Assembly: GCA_051294905.1 (NCBI GenBank)
Contig: CM119371.1
Span: forward strand, 29,824,001 to 29,888,000
From: Botryllus schlosseri
Taxonomy: Eukaryota
Direction: 5' to 3'
Length of the DNA: 64,000 bases
Position 1 is the stretch's first letter. Each line of letters starts with the position of its first letter. Positions 26,888 to 41,054 of the stretch are shown piece by piece. The notes under the pieces were generated by a model. It did no database searches, was not told the DNA's origin, and saw nothing but the letters and a program-made list of their open reading frames with translations. A program made the translations under genes and the position numbers.

Positions 26888-27272
26888 GGTCCTGCCATTG
26901 TCGCCTAAAAGGGCATTTATTTAAAATAGGCTGCATCGACACGCCTTTGTGTGACTTATGCCTCGTACCCGAGAATGTGGACCACTTCCTCCTCGCATGC
27001 CCAAAATACGATTGGCACCGAGCATATTTGATTGATTTCTGCTTGAACTTGAAAGTTGAGTTCACCGCATATAACCTTCTCGTACGACCAGAACTTCTCT
27101 CGCCTCTCGTCGAGTTCGTCCTGGCCAGCAATGTTTTGATTTGAACAAATTTTCTTTAAGGTACACGATTTGCGATAGGTAATACGACATTTCTGTCGTG
27201 GCGCACCAGACCGATAAGGTGGCAAGCGCCACAATGTCCCATTGTCAAAATTAATAGTAATAATAATAATAA
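26888..27272 (+). mobile_element. 5'-truncated LINE 3' end (I/R1-like C-terminal CCHC finger)
   Basis: LKGHLFKIGCIDTPLCDLCLVPENVDHFLLACPKY; short 3' UTR and (TAA)n tail; absent from the paralogous site near 4160. Confidence 0.75.
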
Positions 27273-28785
27273 CAAGGTTACGACGTAACGGTCAAGGCCA
27301 GACCGGATAATGTATTCGGCGCCTGAGTATTGCTACGTTGATATTGAGCAGAGTGTAAAACGGGTTTCTATACTTGCAACCGATATTACCCCATTACCAA
27401 GTTAAACAGCAGTAGCCAACACCCCAATCGCACGGATTATGTTTTTATGATACAGTAAACATGTGAAATCAAGATTGACCCCGTACGCCTGCTAGATATT
27501 TTACATCAGACAACGATATCAATTTCATTGATTAGTTGAATAAGCATCATTCGCTCACTACATGTAATGTATTTCACTCTTGATGTTGCGTGATTGCGGG
27601 CCAAGCTCCAAGCAGAGAGTCACTAAATATTCACAAACGGAAAGCGGGATATTTCGAGCAAACTTTTGTAACAAAGCAAGTAAAATTTTTAAGGTTGTCA
27701 AGATGCATGCTCGTTTAGGGTAGATTTTTTTATGCTGCCAGCGCCATGCATAGAGTGGCCCGCAGTTGAAATGCAATAAATTTCTACCAAAGATGTTATA
27801 CTGAAGTGAAAATTGTAATATATGAAAACGGTTCACAGTGCAGAACCTACTAAGGTTCGTTTTTTAACGTGAACCTCTAGATTTCTGAGGTTCACACACA
27901 GAACGCGAACGTGAACCTCACGCTCACACCGTCCCTACTATATACGCTATCGCGCCATAAGTTAACGGTTGTTTTGGTAATCCCTATAATCCTACCGCGT
28001 CGCTGAAAGCACGGCGTTATATCCAACGTATTGCACATACTGTAGCAATAATTTGTAAGTTCTGCTAAGTAATACATGAGGAGGAGCTGGCTTGCACGTA
28101 CTTATGTTTTAGATCAGTGGTTCTTAACTAGGGGTCCGTGAAACCTCCAAATTTACAACATGGTTATAATTACCTAATTTATATATAGGCTATTTTTCTA
28201 AGTTAAAGGAATGACGAGCAGTTTCGCTTCATAATTGCTAAAACTTAACGACTGCGTGTCCGTCAGAAATGAAATATTCTACTGTGCAAACTCATGTTAA
28301 TTGACAAATTGCCAGTAGCCTACTGATATAAACTTATTGCTATTTAGAGATGTTGTGTTGGGGTTTCGGAAGAAATTTGCTGGTAAAAATTGATTTTCTC
28401 CTGTTATATACATAATCGCTCCATAATCCAAAATAACTTCAAAATGAGCTGCTATATAGAAATGACGGGGCTGGACATTATATGTTCATTAAAATTATAT
28501 TCCTCAGTGGGAGACATTTACATCTTTGGTCAACCAGTAGAGGCGCGCAATTCCAGTCCTTGATTCATAACTGAGGTATATGTCGACGGCTTTAAATAGA
28601 CGGTATCTCGTTGTTGTATTGCGCCCTTGCGACGGAGATTGGATGGATGGTGACCAAATTGTTGAACATGTGTGTTGAATGTGGAGAATTGTTTTGTGCA
28701 TGAGAAACGCAGTGAGGGAGCAACACGGGGGTAACTTCGTGAGATCAGTCGATACAACTTTTGCATAAACGCTTCGAAATCCCAA

Positions 28786-29722
28786 TTGCTGACAGTAAAT
28801 TCAAAAAATAACCTAACCGTTAATATCGCTGGACAGCCCGCTTCCAACACAGATAATGCCAAATATCTCGGGGTTTTAATGGACTCGAACATGTCCTGGA
28901 AGAGTCATATTCAATCCCTAGACACTAAATTATCACCGAAGTGCGGCCTGTTCTACAGCCTTAGGCGCTTCATGCCAGCATGGGTTCTTCTGATACTCTT
29001 TAAATCCTTAATCCAATGGAAGTTACATTATGGCATCCTGTGTTGGGGGGCACTCAAGCCACTGCAAAAACTATACAGCATAAAGTACTCCGAATCATAG
29101 CTAGAGCCCCAAAGGGGCCTGGTTGCGCATCCATCAAGTCGCTGCTGAAGAGATTCAGCGTCCTAAACATAGAAGATATGCGGAAACTAGAAATCGCCAA
29201 GTTTATGTATCAGTTCCACTGCGGTCGTTGCCCCGAATATTTCAATGATTTCTTTACCTCGGAATCAAAATCGCACAAGTACAACACACGCGCGTCCACG
29301 TCGTCCAAATATCATATGATCGACCGAAAAGATCATCGCTCTATAAAATATGCCGGACCTGATGTGTGGAACAGTATCCCGCCGGCCATCCGACAGTTCA
29401 TTCACAGACATTCAAGTCGAAATACAAGCAATTACTATTAAATAAATACATTGCATCCTCAAGATTACCGGACCACGACTGACCTATCGATCTCTCTTCC
29501 CATGACATGCCGCCCTATTCTTGTCACTTTTTTTTTCTATACTGTATTCTTTACTTTCATTCAGTGTGCATGCCTCCTCTTTACTACGCCTAGGCCATAG
29601 GTGGATGTCTGATTCCATTGACGAATCCAAGCCGCTTCGACATCTTCCTGTCTATTCATTGTATCGCATTTTCTGTGGTGTATTGAACTGATAAAAAATC
29701 TAATAAACCAATGATGATGATG
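28786..29722 (+). mobile_element. 5'-truncated CR1/L2-group LINE (frameshifted RT C-terminus plus 3' UTR)
   Basis: KYLGVLMDSNMSWKSHI...LHYGILCWG, HKYNTR, SIKYAGPDVWNSIP; ends AATAAA..(TGA)n; 3' UTR copies at ~17625-17745 and ~61545-61686 (minus). Confidence 0.85.
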
Positions 29723-30257
29723 ACAAGCAGACTGGTTGAAATGAAAGAATCTTCGCATCCGTCAAGATCTCAAGGTCAAGGCCCAAGGGGTTGAAGAGTA
29801 TACAGTCCGAAAATCAGAATGCGATATATATCGACAGCCATTAGAAAGTGAAGCTGACATATAACTCGACCGACAACGCTCTGCTCGAAGGAAACAGTAT
29901 GCCAAGCAGACATGGGGTAATCGCGATTAGTAATCGTAATCGATTACGACGATTACAGCATTTCCAAGTAATCGTAATCGCAATCGATTACATTCGAAAA
30001 AAATCCAAAGTAATCGTAATCGTAATCGACTACTTCGCATATCTAATCGATTTTTTTGTAAAAGAACGATTACTTTTATTTGTACAATGAATATGACATA
30101 ACCGAACATTCGAGAACAAGGAAGAAATATAATACCAGGTTATTGATAGCGCAAGCGGTTGATTTTCGAATGCCACTGCTCATTATTACGTCAGAAATAT
30201 TAGCTTTGCTCGTCCTTGCGTAAGAAGTATCCACACGTAGTAAATATATATTCGATG

Positions 30258-30839
30258 CAGGGTTGTAATAACTCGAGTCATGACTCGACTCGAGTCAGAC
30301 TCGAGTCACGATTTTCTGATGACTCGACTCGACTCGAGTCATTTTCTCAAAATACGGAAATGACTCGACTCGACTCGAGTCAATCTGTGTATTGACTCGA
30401 CTTGGACTCCAGTCATTGCGCATGACTCGAAGCAAGTCATTGACTCGAGATTCAGACGCCAAGACCGACATTTCATTGTAATTTCGAAGCCAACACACTA
30501 TTGGGATTTCGTTAGTTGGTACTGGTGCTTGAAAATGCGACCAGAAACTGCTAAAAGTGAGGAAAATTGATATATTATAAATGCGAACCATTCATTATCA
30601 CCAAACAGAGTTTAAAAAGTGGTTTAGGAAGACTTTAACTGGAAACTGAGCAGTCAACACAATGACTTGGACTCTGACTCGAGTCATAATATCATGACTC
30701 GGACTCGATCCTCTGTTCGCTGACTTGGACTCGGACTTGACTCGGTGGGAATTGAAAATGACTCGACTTGACTCGAGTCAAAAATATAAAAGTGAGATTG
30801 ACTTGTGACTCGCAGCCTTGTGACTTGGTTACAACCCAG
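30258..30839. mobile_element. GACTCGAGTC-type MITE nested in copy A
   Basis: CAGGGTTGTAA...TTACAACCCAG; TSD ATTCGATG; empty site in copy B. Confidence 0.88.
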
Positions 30840-31423
30840 ATTCGATGTATATTGTTGTGTGATAGTTAGAACAGTGTAAGCCATTCTGTATATCAGGTTA
30901 TCAATACACTCCAGACGCCATTACCGCGCAGCAAGATAATAATCACCACTCTCCCTAGTTTCAAATAGTAACTTATGTATTGATGTTTGGTTATGCTTGT
31001 AGTTAAACGCAGTTTGACCGTTGCTGCTTGGCGAGCAGTAGGCATATATATGTAGTATACGTATGTATTGTACGTACACCGGACAAAGATTTGAAGTTTT
31101 GTACTCGTCAAATAAATCATTACGATGGTTTAAATCAACAGCTGCGCTTATATATCATAACCGAGCCGTTCTTTGCCGTTTCTCGTAACGGCATAACGGC
31201 AGCTTGCAGTATCTGTATTAAGTGGAAGGTAGAATTTAAAGTTCACTTTATCTTATCCTCATATGACTACTTCAAACGGTCGCCAATCGTTATTTCACAA
31301 TTCTCCACTCGACATTTATACCTGCCGCCATAGCCCTCCGCTTATGGTCCATGTAAGCGTGGGTTGTAGGTACAATCAGAACCAAAACAGCAATTCGTCC
31401 CCCACTCCAAACGTTGGTATTGG

Positions 31424-31983
31424 TAAGGTTGTAACCAAGTTTCAATGTTCCGAGTCACAAGTCAATCTCACTTTTATAGTTATGAGTCGAGTCAAGTCTA
31501 TTCATTTGCAATCCCCCCCCCCCCCCCGAGTCAAGTCAGAGTCCAAGTCCAAGCCAGCTAGTATAGGGTCGAGTCCGAGTGATATTTTTTGACTCGAGAA
31601 CGAGTCCAAATCGTTATGTTCTCAGATCAGTTTTCTGATCAATCCGGTTCAACCCACTTTTTTCAACTCGATCTGCTCGAGTGATATAGAATGGCTCGTG
31701 TTCATAATATAGTAATTTTCATCAGTTTTCACAGTTTACGGCCCAATTTCCAAGTATCGGGACTGATAGACGAAATACAAATTATGTGGTAACATTACTA
31801 TTCTTCGAAGCTACATGGAATGTCTGTATTGGCTGTTCTAGTCTCGAGTCATATGACTTGGTTCGAGTCATGCAAAATGACTCGAGTACAAGTCGAGGAT
31901 ATACAAAAAATAGCTCGAGTCAAGTCTAGTCACCAAAAAATCGCGACTCGAGTCGAGTCATGACTCGAGTCATTACCACCCTG
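31424..31983. mobile_element. GACTCGAGTC-type MITE shared by copies A and B
   Basis: TSD GGTATTGG; internally deleted counterpart at 35960-36145. Confidence 0.85.
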
Positions 31984-33072
31984 GGTATTGGGGCCCCGTA
32001 GGGTGGTCAGTTTTCAAGTTGATGACTGAATTTCGTCAATAATATTGGTAATTGCATTATCTTGCTATTCATTCAGATTTACCGGTAGAGCTGGGGGCAA
32101 GTAATTCATAATTATAGCATATGGTATGTTGTTTTAATTTCATTATTGTATGTTGTTAATTCGTGACCTCCCGTCTTTTATATAATCAAAAGATACTGCA
32201 GTCGCCCAAACGTAGCAGACTAAAAGAAAAACTTTCGAGAGACGCACACACAAATTGCCATATCTTCATTCCTCTGTGAGTGCCCCGGGTGGCATTTGCA
32301 TTGTTGGGGCTCAGATTGGAAGGACCGGACTATCCGCCACGCCCACAGAGCGCGGCTACTGACAATAGACACATACCCAAAGTTTTGGCCAAGGTCATTC
32401 TTTGGTAGCACACTTTGTGGAGTTGCATGTTGGCTGAAATTGCTTACGTCTTTTGGTGTGTCTTGGCGGGGTAATGACCGCCACCGAAATGCCTATTCCT
32501 ATAAATTATGCATGTTTTTTTTTTCTTGAGGGGGAGAGGTATCCATTTCAAAATCAAGCTATTTAGAAACATAAAATCCCGAAGCTCGAAGAAAATTTTC
32601 AAGTTAATTAACTCTCTTGAAAATATGTTGATTTACGAAATACTTTTGAGTCCCCTTAGAGCTCGCTCCCGGTCCTATTGGGGAGTTTGGGGTGTGGCAG
32701 TTACCGACCTGGCAAGAATGCAAATCGTTGGGTGCGACGAATAGTCCTGCATAGAGGTGGGCAATGGGTGCATTATGACGTAACAAGCAAATGACGTATG
32801 ATTTATAAAGAAAGTTGTTATCTCATTTTACCTTTTCATCGCAAGCCTTATTTATATTGTCTTCCAATATCTCTTCTGAAATTAGTTCTAAGAAGTAGAC
32901 CAAATGTAATCGGGAGTAATCGTGATTACTTTTGAAAAGTAATGGTAATCGTAATCGACTACTTCCTGATTGGGCTGTAATCGTAATCGTAATCGTAATC
33001 GCGGGGTTCACAAGTAATCGTAATCGCAATCGATTACATTCGGGAAGTAATCACCCCATGTCTGATGCCAAG

Positions 33073-34126
33073 TAGTCAAGTACCGGTACTGAGTTTGCCA
33101 AGCTGTCTGAATAGTCTCGAGCCTTGATGATCTGCAGATCCTGAACTGCGTATTCGAGATACTTCAAGGCTGAATGGTCATTCCATCTTCTATCACAATA
33201 TGTCCTGGCAGTGATTAATCTTTTGCTTCATTTTGGCGGGGTGTTTGCAGTCCAAGACTAGAGCCTGGAGGGAGTACCGGTATTGATTTTTCAAATGCTA
33301 TAACGACTGAAATCCGATTGGGAAATTTTCGAGGACGATATTATGATGGTAAATGAAATGTATCTGCAAAATGATGCTATTTCACTGCGGTAACTTATTA
33401 ACTACTGACTATTGTGGTATAGGTGATGGTAGATGACATGTATCTGCAAAATTATGCTATTTCACTGCGGTAACTACTGACTATTGTGGTGGACTATACA
33501 ATCTGTCAGTCTGAGCCGTATTTGAATATTTTTTTGTTGCCTTGATTGCCAGGGATCTATACAAAGTAATATAAACTGCAATAAGTCTAGCTTATCCCTC
33601 ATGGCTGATTAAACTGAAGATAGATATGATGAATAATCCAGTTTGTTGCATATGCCTAGGTTTCGGTTCATTATGCCTGCATTGCAAGTGGTTCATTTTG
33701 TATTCGATTGCTTTGCTGTTCCAGATTCGGCTAATTGGCTCACATCTAACTGCACTGTACAGTATTATGTGTGTTGAAATTTGTGATAGGTAAATCCCGA
33801 ATCGCTTGTAATGATGATCATTGCATAAATTATACAGACGGTAACTGTGATCTTTTTCATAAAAATATGCAGAAATTAGGAAATTCCTATCACATAGGAC
33901 ACTCTGTTTTCTGCAAAGAAATGATTGTGAAATAATGTATTGTGAAATTTGTTTCCTGAATCTCAAATTTGAGAGTTTTGCAAACATTTTCCCCAAGTTC
34001 TGCAAATTTTGTTTCTAATATTTTTCAATTATATGCACCATACCAGTTCGATGTGTATACCTGCAAAGTTATACATAACATATTTTGTTGATATCATTTT
34101 TCCGTTATATGCACTATAGTTATCGA
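33073..34126 (-). pseudogene. Highly degenerate LINE reverse-transcriptase remnant (probably continues at 37215-37850)
   Basis: LGKMFAKLSNLRF...QSFL resembles an RT motif; FAD-like motif near 33360, locally duplicated. Confidence 0.35.
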
Positions 34127-34134
34127 GTTCAATG

Positions 34135-37100
34135 CAGGCATGGGGTAATCGTGATTAGTAATCGTAATCGATTGCGACGATTACAGCATTTTCAAGTAAT
34201 CGTAATCGCAATCGATTACATTCGAAAAAAATCCAAAGTAATTGTAATCGTAATCGACTACTTCACATATCTAATCGATTTCTTTGCGAAAGAACGATTA
34301 CTTTTTATTTGTACAATGAATATGACATAACCGAACATTCGTGAACAAGGAAGAGATATTATACCAGGTTATGGAGATCGCAAACGGTTGATTTTCAAAC
34401 GCCACTGCTCATTATGACGTCAGAACTATTAGCTTTGCTAATCCTTGCGTAAGAAGTATCCACAGCCCGCACGTAGTAAATATATATTCGATGTACATTG
34501 TTGTGTGATTGTTAGAACAGTGTAAGCCAGGGGTGTCAAACATACGGCCCGCGGGCCGCATCCGGCCCGCCAGACGATTTCATCCGGCCCGCGAATCAAT
34601 TCTGAGTAGATTGAAAATTTTATTTATTATCCAGCACATTTGTTACAAATGTTGAGTTTTTTTGCAGGAAATACTTTCATTAAATATTCTCTCAAGACAG
34701 CAAATGTCGAGCATGGTCATAGGCCATATTATAACCACCGACTTCGGCGTTGTGGTCTCTACCTCTCTCTAATTCGAGAAGGCAAAACGTGCGCACTGAG
34801 TTCAGAGGTTTTTGGAAAAATGTACCATTAACTAGCTATTCACAGAGGCGAAAGCGCCAATGCGAAAACGTTATATGCAGTTTACATTGAAAATATATTA
34901 GTTACAAAAATAGATAATCCAAATATCTATGATCACACTGCTGTGTAGCTTCCCAACCAATAGGTCCCCGCAGACTTGGGAAGAGAAACCCGACTTGCGA
35001 TTTGATAGGCCTAATATTAACCCAAATTCCAACGTCCGGGTTTACAGGTAAATATCTTGTATTGCTCACAACGCATGCGCTGGGCTAACTACAGATTACG
35101 ACTAGGCAAAGGTCGCATAAAAATATGCCAACTTATGTCGTCGTTAGCGCCACTGTTTTATCGGTTATTAACTGCATTCAACCGGACAATTATCGTATTT
35201 TTGCCAATTTCATTGTTCGCGAATAAAGGTGTGGCGACTTGGTCGAATAAAACCTCTATGATCCGTGTATTATCTATATACGCTTGATAATAAAGTATTC
35301 GAATTAAAAACAAGGGCACAAGGTTACATATTCGAATCAGTAGACTGGTCCGGCCCTCGGGGGGTTTGAAGGCTCGAATCCGGCCCGCGAAGCAATCTGA
35401 GTTTGACACCCCTGGTGTAAGCCATGCTGCATATCAGGTTGTCAATACACTCCAGACGCCACTACCTCGCAGCAAGATAATAATCGCCACTCTGCCTAGT
35501 TTCAAATAGTAACTTATGTCTTGATGTTTGGTTATGCATAGTTAAACGCAGTCTGACCGTTGCTGCTTGGCGAGCAGTAGGCCTATCCATGTAGTAGTAT
35601 ACGTATGTATTGTACGTACACCGGACAAAGATTTGAAATTTTGTACTCGTCAAATAACACATTACGATGGTTAAAATCAACAGCTGCTGAAATATATCAT
35701 AACCGAGCTGTTCTTTGTCGTTTCTCGTAAGGGCAATTTGCAGTATCTGTATTGAGTGGAAGGTAGAATTTTAAGTTCACTTTATCTTATTCTCATATGA
35801 CTCTACTTCAAACGGGCTCCAATCGTTATTTCACAATTCTTCACTCGACATTTATACCTGTCGCCATTGCCATCCACTTATCCACAATGTTAGCGTGGGT
35901 TGTAGGTACAATCACGACCAAAACAACAATTTGTCCCCCACTCCAAACGTTGGTATTGGTAAAGTTGTAACCAAGACACAATGTTCCGAGTCACAAGTCA
36001 ATCTAACTTTTATAGTTTTGACTCGAGTCAAGTCAAGTCATTTTCAATTCACCACCGAGTCAAGTCTGAGTCCAAGTCATAGCTAGTATAGGGCCGAGTC
36101 AAGTCTAGTCACCAAAAAATCGCGACTCGAGTCATTACAACCCTGGGTATTGGAGCCCCAATAGGGTGGTTAGTTTTCAAGTTGATGACTGAATATTGGT
36201 AATTGCGTTATATTGCTATTCATTCAGATTTACCAGTAGAGCTGGGGGCACGTAATTCATAATTATAGCATCTGGTAGGTTGTTATAATTACTTTATTGT
36301 ATATTGTTAATTCGTGACCTCCCGTCCTCTATATAATCAATAAATACTGTAGTCCCCCAAACGTAGCAGACTAAAAGAAAAAACTTTCGTGAGACGCACA
36401 CACAAATTGTCATGTCTTCATTTCTCTATGAGTGCCCCGGGTGGCATTTGCATTGTTGGGCCTTAGATTTGAAGTATCGGACTATTCGTCACGCCCAAGG
36501 AGCGTGGCTACTGACAATCGACACATACCCAAATTTTTGGCCAAGGTCATTCTTTGGTAGCACACTTTGTGGAGTTGCATGTTGACCGAAATTGCAGCCG
36601 TCTCTTGGTGTGTCGTAGCCAATGACCGCCACCGAAATGCCTATTCATATGAATTATGCATGCTTTTTTTCTTGACGGAGATAGGTATGCATTTCAAAAT
36701 CAAGCTATTTAGAGACATTAAATCCCGAAGCTCGACGAAAATTTTCAAGGCTATTAACTCTCTTGAAAATACTCTATAATAATTTATGTTGATTTACGAA
36801 ATACTTTTGAGTCCCCTTCGAGCTCGCTCCCGGTCCTATTGGGGAGTTTGAGGTGTGGCAGTTACGGACCTGGCAAGAATGCAAATCGTTGGGTGCGACG
36901 AATAGGCCTGTATAGGGTTGCGCAATGGGTGCATTATGACGTAACACGCAAATGACGGGTGATGTATAAGGAAAGTTGTTATCTCATTAGACCTTTTCAT
37001 CGCAAGCCTTATATTGTCTTCCAATATCTCTTCTAAATTTAGTTCTAAGCAAAACAAATGTAATCGTGAGTAATCGTGATTACTTTTGAAATGTAATCGT

Positions 37101-37206
37101 AATCGTAATCGACTACTTCCTGATTTTGCTGTAATCGTAATCGCGGGATTCACAAATAATCGTAATCGCAATCGATTACATTCGTGAAGTAATCACCCCA
37201 TGGCTG
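34135..37206 (+). mobile_element. Non-autonomous hAT element, copy B
   Basis: TIR CAGGCATGGGGT; TSD GTTCAATG; collinear with 29907-33064. Confidence 0.9.
34528..35414. mobile_element. hAT MITE nested in copy B
   Basis: TIR CAGGGGTGTCAAAC; TSD GTGTAAGC; empty site in copy A. Confidence 0.9.
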
Positions 37207-39084
37207 GTTCAATGTGCATCTCGTCATGCAGTAGCCTATATATTTTTTCTCATATATGACTGCAATAAACTATTTTTAGGAACATTCTGTCTCTGTGTGT
37301 TTGTAGACGGCCAGCATCAGGTAGCATTATGGCATTTTCTGACCAGTTAAGTGCACAGCTGGTGAGGGTTGGAAAATAGACTTTTGGCCTCTTAATTTTC
37401 TTGTAAAAAGGCTGAGTGTAAGGACTGCGGTGGATCACCTTAAACCATTCTACCAATGATAGGACGCATCTATACAAATTTCACAGACTGCTCCAAGGGC
37501 CGAGGTCAATTCTTCCAGTCAGTCGTTTTATTACATGCCAGTTGCCTATCTTTTCCTCGTATGGTGCATTGATTTGGTGAGATTATTAACAAACCGCGCT
37601 GATTGTGCTACTGCCGAGACTCGCACTGCAGCTTCCCAGATAAGAGACAAATTATAGACTATTCCGGTACTTCAAAATGGGGCTATCTACGGTTTGTGTT
37701 GAGCCCGTTTTGGAGTTGAAAAAGACTGCTAATCTACGAAAAAACTGTTGCCATCTTGAATAAATTCATGGTCGAGTATTTTTGCAGTGTTTTTGATGAA
37801 GTCAACGTATTTTCAGCGGCAGGGACTCCATACCTACAATGTAAGACCGTCCATTGACAGCAGTTAACATATACCTCAGTGATGAATGAAGGACTGGAAT
37901 TGCGCGCCTCTAGTGGTTTGACCATAGATGTGAATGTCTCACATTGGTGCCTTATATATGTTACGATAATGCACAAAGGTGTTACGCGTTAATAATATAG
38001 ATTCGCAACCATCTATCTTTGTGGAAATGTATTTTTGCCTCTCGTTCATATCAAATCGACGGCGCGGATTTTCAAGACACGGCCGCGTATTTCAAGAAAT
38101 GTTGCTACATACTCTGCTTTAAAATAATACAAGTATTCCTAATTTATACATAAATCATATGATGAAAGGTCAATTTGTTATTGTTTTTCACTAGCCTGCA
38201 GTTAATACATACACACGACAGATGATGGTTTTGCGCGATAATTGAGCTAAGTTTGAACTAAAACTGGGGGGTTCGGGGCGGTCCAAAGCGGGTCCGCGGA
38301 GACAAAAAGGTGTAGAACCACTGCTCTAGATGTTTTTGTGCATTTCAAGTATCTCAGCCACTATTTTCAATCAAACATTTCAGGTACATTCATAACGCAA
38401 ACTATATTGTACTTCTGTGCTTTTTAATATGTGAGTTGGTGCGCACTTGTGCGGATGACAAACGTGGCACGGATGAGTGCAGATAAAAATCATGAATAAT
38501 TGCTACTTATTATGACGTGGAATCATTCAACTAAACCTAATAGGAAATTCAAGTGCAGTAACTCCCTAACTTTTGACGTTGCGGAGCAATTATAAAACTG
38601 ATTTGAATTACCACGCACGGGTAATCGTAGCCTGTACAACAACTTTGTCTCGCACTGGCCGCAGTGGATTAATATTTGCGCCCTGTTGTTATTATTATTA
38701 CGTAATCAAAAATCTAGTTTGAAAACGGGTGTAGTAGCAGACATACAGTGCATCAGGACTTATGAGCCTGCGAGATGCTTGCACAAATTACGTACTAAAG
38801 TGTCGAATAGCACGGGGCACGAAAATAGTAGTAAATGCCATCATTATAGACTCACCTTGGCAAGTTACTTTTACGAAAATTGTCCCCCTTCAAGTGTTTT
38901 AAAGTATCGGTCGCGAAGGAATAATTTTGAGTCGCAATAATAGTTCCATGGGATAGTTTTTGCATATCAAAGTTACTGTGTTGGGTACTATATCCAAAAA
39001 GCGGGACACCCAGAAAATATAGCTTGATCATGATAACGTGCCGACTTTTGTATTACACAAATTGGTTTGAATTCATGATAAGAT

Positions 39085-39398
39085 TTAGGAATAGGACGTA
39101 GAATACTTTTGTTCTTGATGTTTTTGGGGCATATACACTGATTCAAGATATATTCATGCACACGATCTGTGCATTAGCATACCATGAGTGCATGATGTGC
39201 ATATGCCGCTGAACGATAGAGCAGATATAGCCTTAAGGCTTTTTATTTCTTTCACCACCCGTGCATGCCAACCGACAAGCGGCGAAGCCGTGGAAACCCG
39301 CAGTACTACTAATCAGGTTTTTGGTATGAATCATCAGGGGATTTAACCCAAGTCTTCCTAAAAATACGGACTCTCCACCATTACGCTATCTTGTCGGT
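39085..39398 (-). mobile_element. tRNA-derived SINE (duplicate of the 19190 copy)
   Basis: Same family, with the same flanks as 19190-19503. Confidence 0.75.
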
Positions 39399-39642
39399 AA
39401 AATGTCCGGCTGCATCTCTGAAAAACACCGTTGGAGACCGTTGGGATTCTTGGTTGTGTGTGCAACGAGTGGGTGCGGACCTATGAGACGCATTCATTTT
39501 GAGGCCAAACCCTTCTGCGTCGGGATACAAAAAAAAGCTTATTTGGGCGAAATGGGTTTTATTGCACTACAGTTGATATCAAACCAGGGAACCAGGGACC
39601 AGGGACAGTTGTCTTTTTAATGAGACGCTCGATGGACTAAAC

Positions 39643-40101
39643 GAGGGATGGGCAAACTTTTGGGCTCGCATTCAATATCTGAATCCATTCGCGGGCCGCA
39701 CTATATAAAATTGGCACTATAAACCGAAACGCAATATTGGATTATATGGTGAGGGCAAGGAGATAATATATATGGTTATTCAAACAATCTAAACATTGCT
39801 TTGATGATATCCTGCACGCGTCAGAAACAGTGGCGAGATGTCATAGGCTGGATGACCACAATAACCAATTTGTCAAAACTATAGAGATGAAAGTCGGTTG
39901 TCCCGATTCTTACAACAGGATTGAAATTTAAATCTGCGAGCAGCGATCCATTCAGATTTACTAATTCCACTTTCGGATCAGTTCCAGGACGCACAATGCT
40001 GACAACATCATAACCATGTTAGCTTCAAACACACCTCCACTTCCTTCGATAAAATATAAATACCCTAATTCTGCTCACACAGAGAACGAATCTACCTGAG
40101 G
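39643..40101 (-). mobile_element. First part of a split copy of the 13144-14287 MITE (resumes at 46659-47250)
   Basis: Reverse complement of ~13858-14287. Confidence 0.8.
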
Positions 40102-41054
40102 GTCCGTGGACATATTAGCATGCGACACAATAGCAAGCGACACTTGAGCATGCGACACTTGAGCATAGCGACTTTTGGTCATGGCGACTCGTGGGCATGT
40201 AGACATATCAGCACAGGGACATATTAACATGAGGACATATTAGCATGGGGACACATAGGTATAGGGACACACGAGCATGGATACGCGTGAGCATAGGGAC
40301 ACATCAACATGGTGACAATTTAATATGTGCCACATGAGCATGGTGACACATGAGCATGCGATACATGAGCCTTGACGACACATGAGCATGGGTACACAAG
40401 AGCATTGGCACACATGCGCATATGAACACATGGGCATGGGGACATAAGAGCAAAGGTGCACATGAGCATGGGGTCATGTACGCATGCGACACTTGAGCAT
40501 GCGACACGTCCACATGCAGACACTTGAGCATGCGACACGTGAATATGCAGACACTCGAACCTGCGACACTTGAGCATGCGACAGTTGAGCATGGGACAGT
40601 TGAGCATGCGAAAATTGAGCATGCGACAATTGAGCATGCGACACTTGGGCATGGGACACGTGGATATGCAGACACTTGAGCATGCGACACTTGAGCATGT
40701 GGTCATGCTACACTTGGGCATGCGACACTTGGGCATGCAACACTTGAGCATGCGACACTTGAGCATTCGACACTTGAGCATGCGACACTTGGGCATGCGA
40801 CACTTGGGCATGCGACACTTGAGCATCAGACACTTGGGCATGCGACACTTGGGCATGTGGTCATGCTACACTTGGGCATGCGACACTTGGGCATGCGACA
40901 CTTGGGCATGCGACACTTGAGCATGCGACATTTGTGCATGCGATATGTGTGCATGCGACACTTGAGCATGCGACATTTGTGCATGCGATATTTGGGCATG
41001 CGACACTTGCGCAATGCGACACTTGAGCATGTGACCATATATTAGCGCGTAACC
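40102..41054 (+). repeat. 15-bp minisatellite array (GAGCATGCGACACTT)n
   Basis: Directly visible tandem units; explains the low-complexity ORFs. Confidence 0.92.

Larger units (their letters stand above)
29907..33064 (+). mobile_element. Non-autonomous hAT element with (GTAATC)n subterminal repeats, copy A
   Basis: TIR CAGACATGGGGT; TSD ATGCCAAG. Confidence 0.9.
28505..37946. mobile_element. Unclassified TIR element (~100-bp imperfect TIRs) enlarged by nested insertions
   Basis: 28505-28605 is the reverse complement of ~37845-37946; the flanks are contiguous at the paralogous site near 18020; TSD unclear. Confidence 0.6.

Noticed and set aside
40102..41054. CRISPR-like array or repetitive protein ORFs (MPKCR, SHAQV repeats)
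   Set aside because: Contiguous 15-bp tandem units with no unique spacers and no cas genes; several frames are open only because of the repeat.
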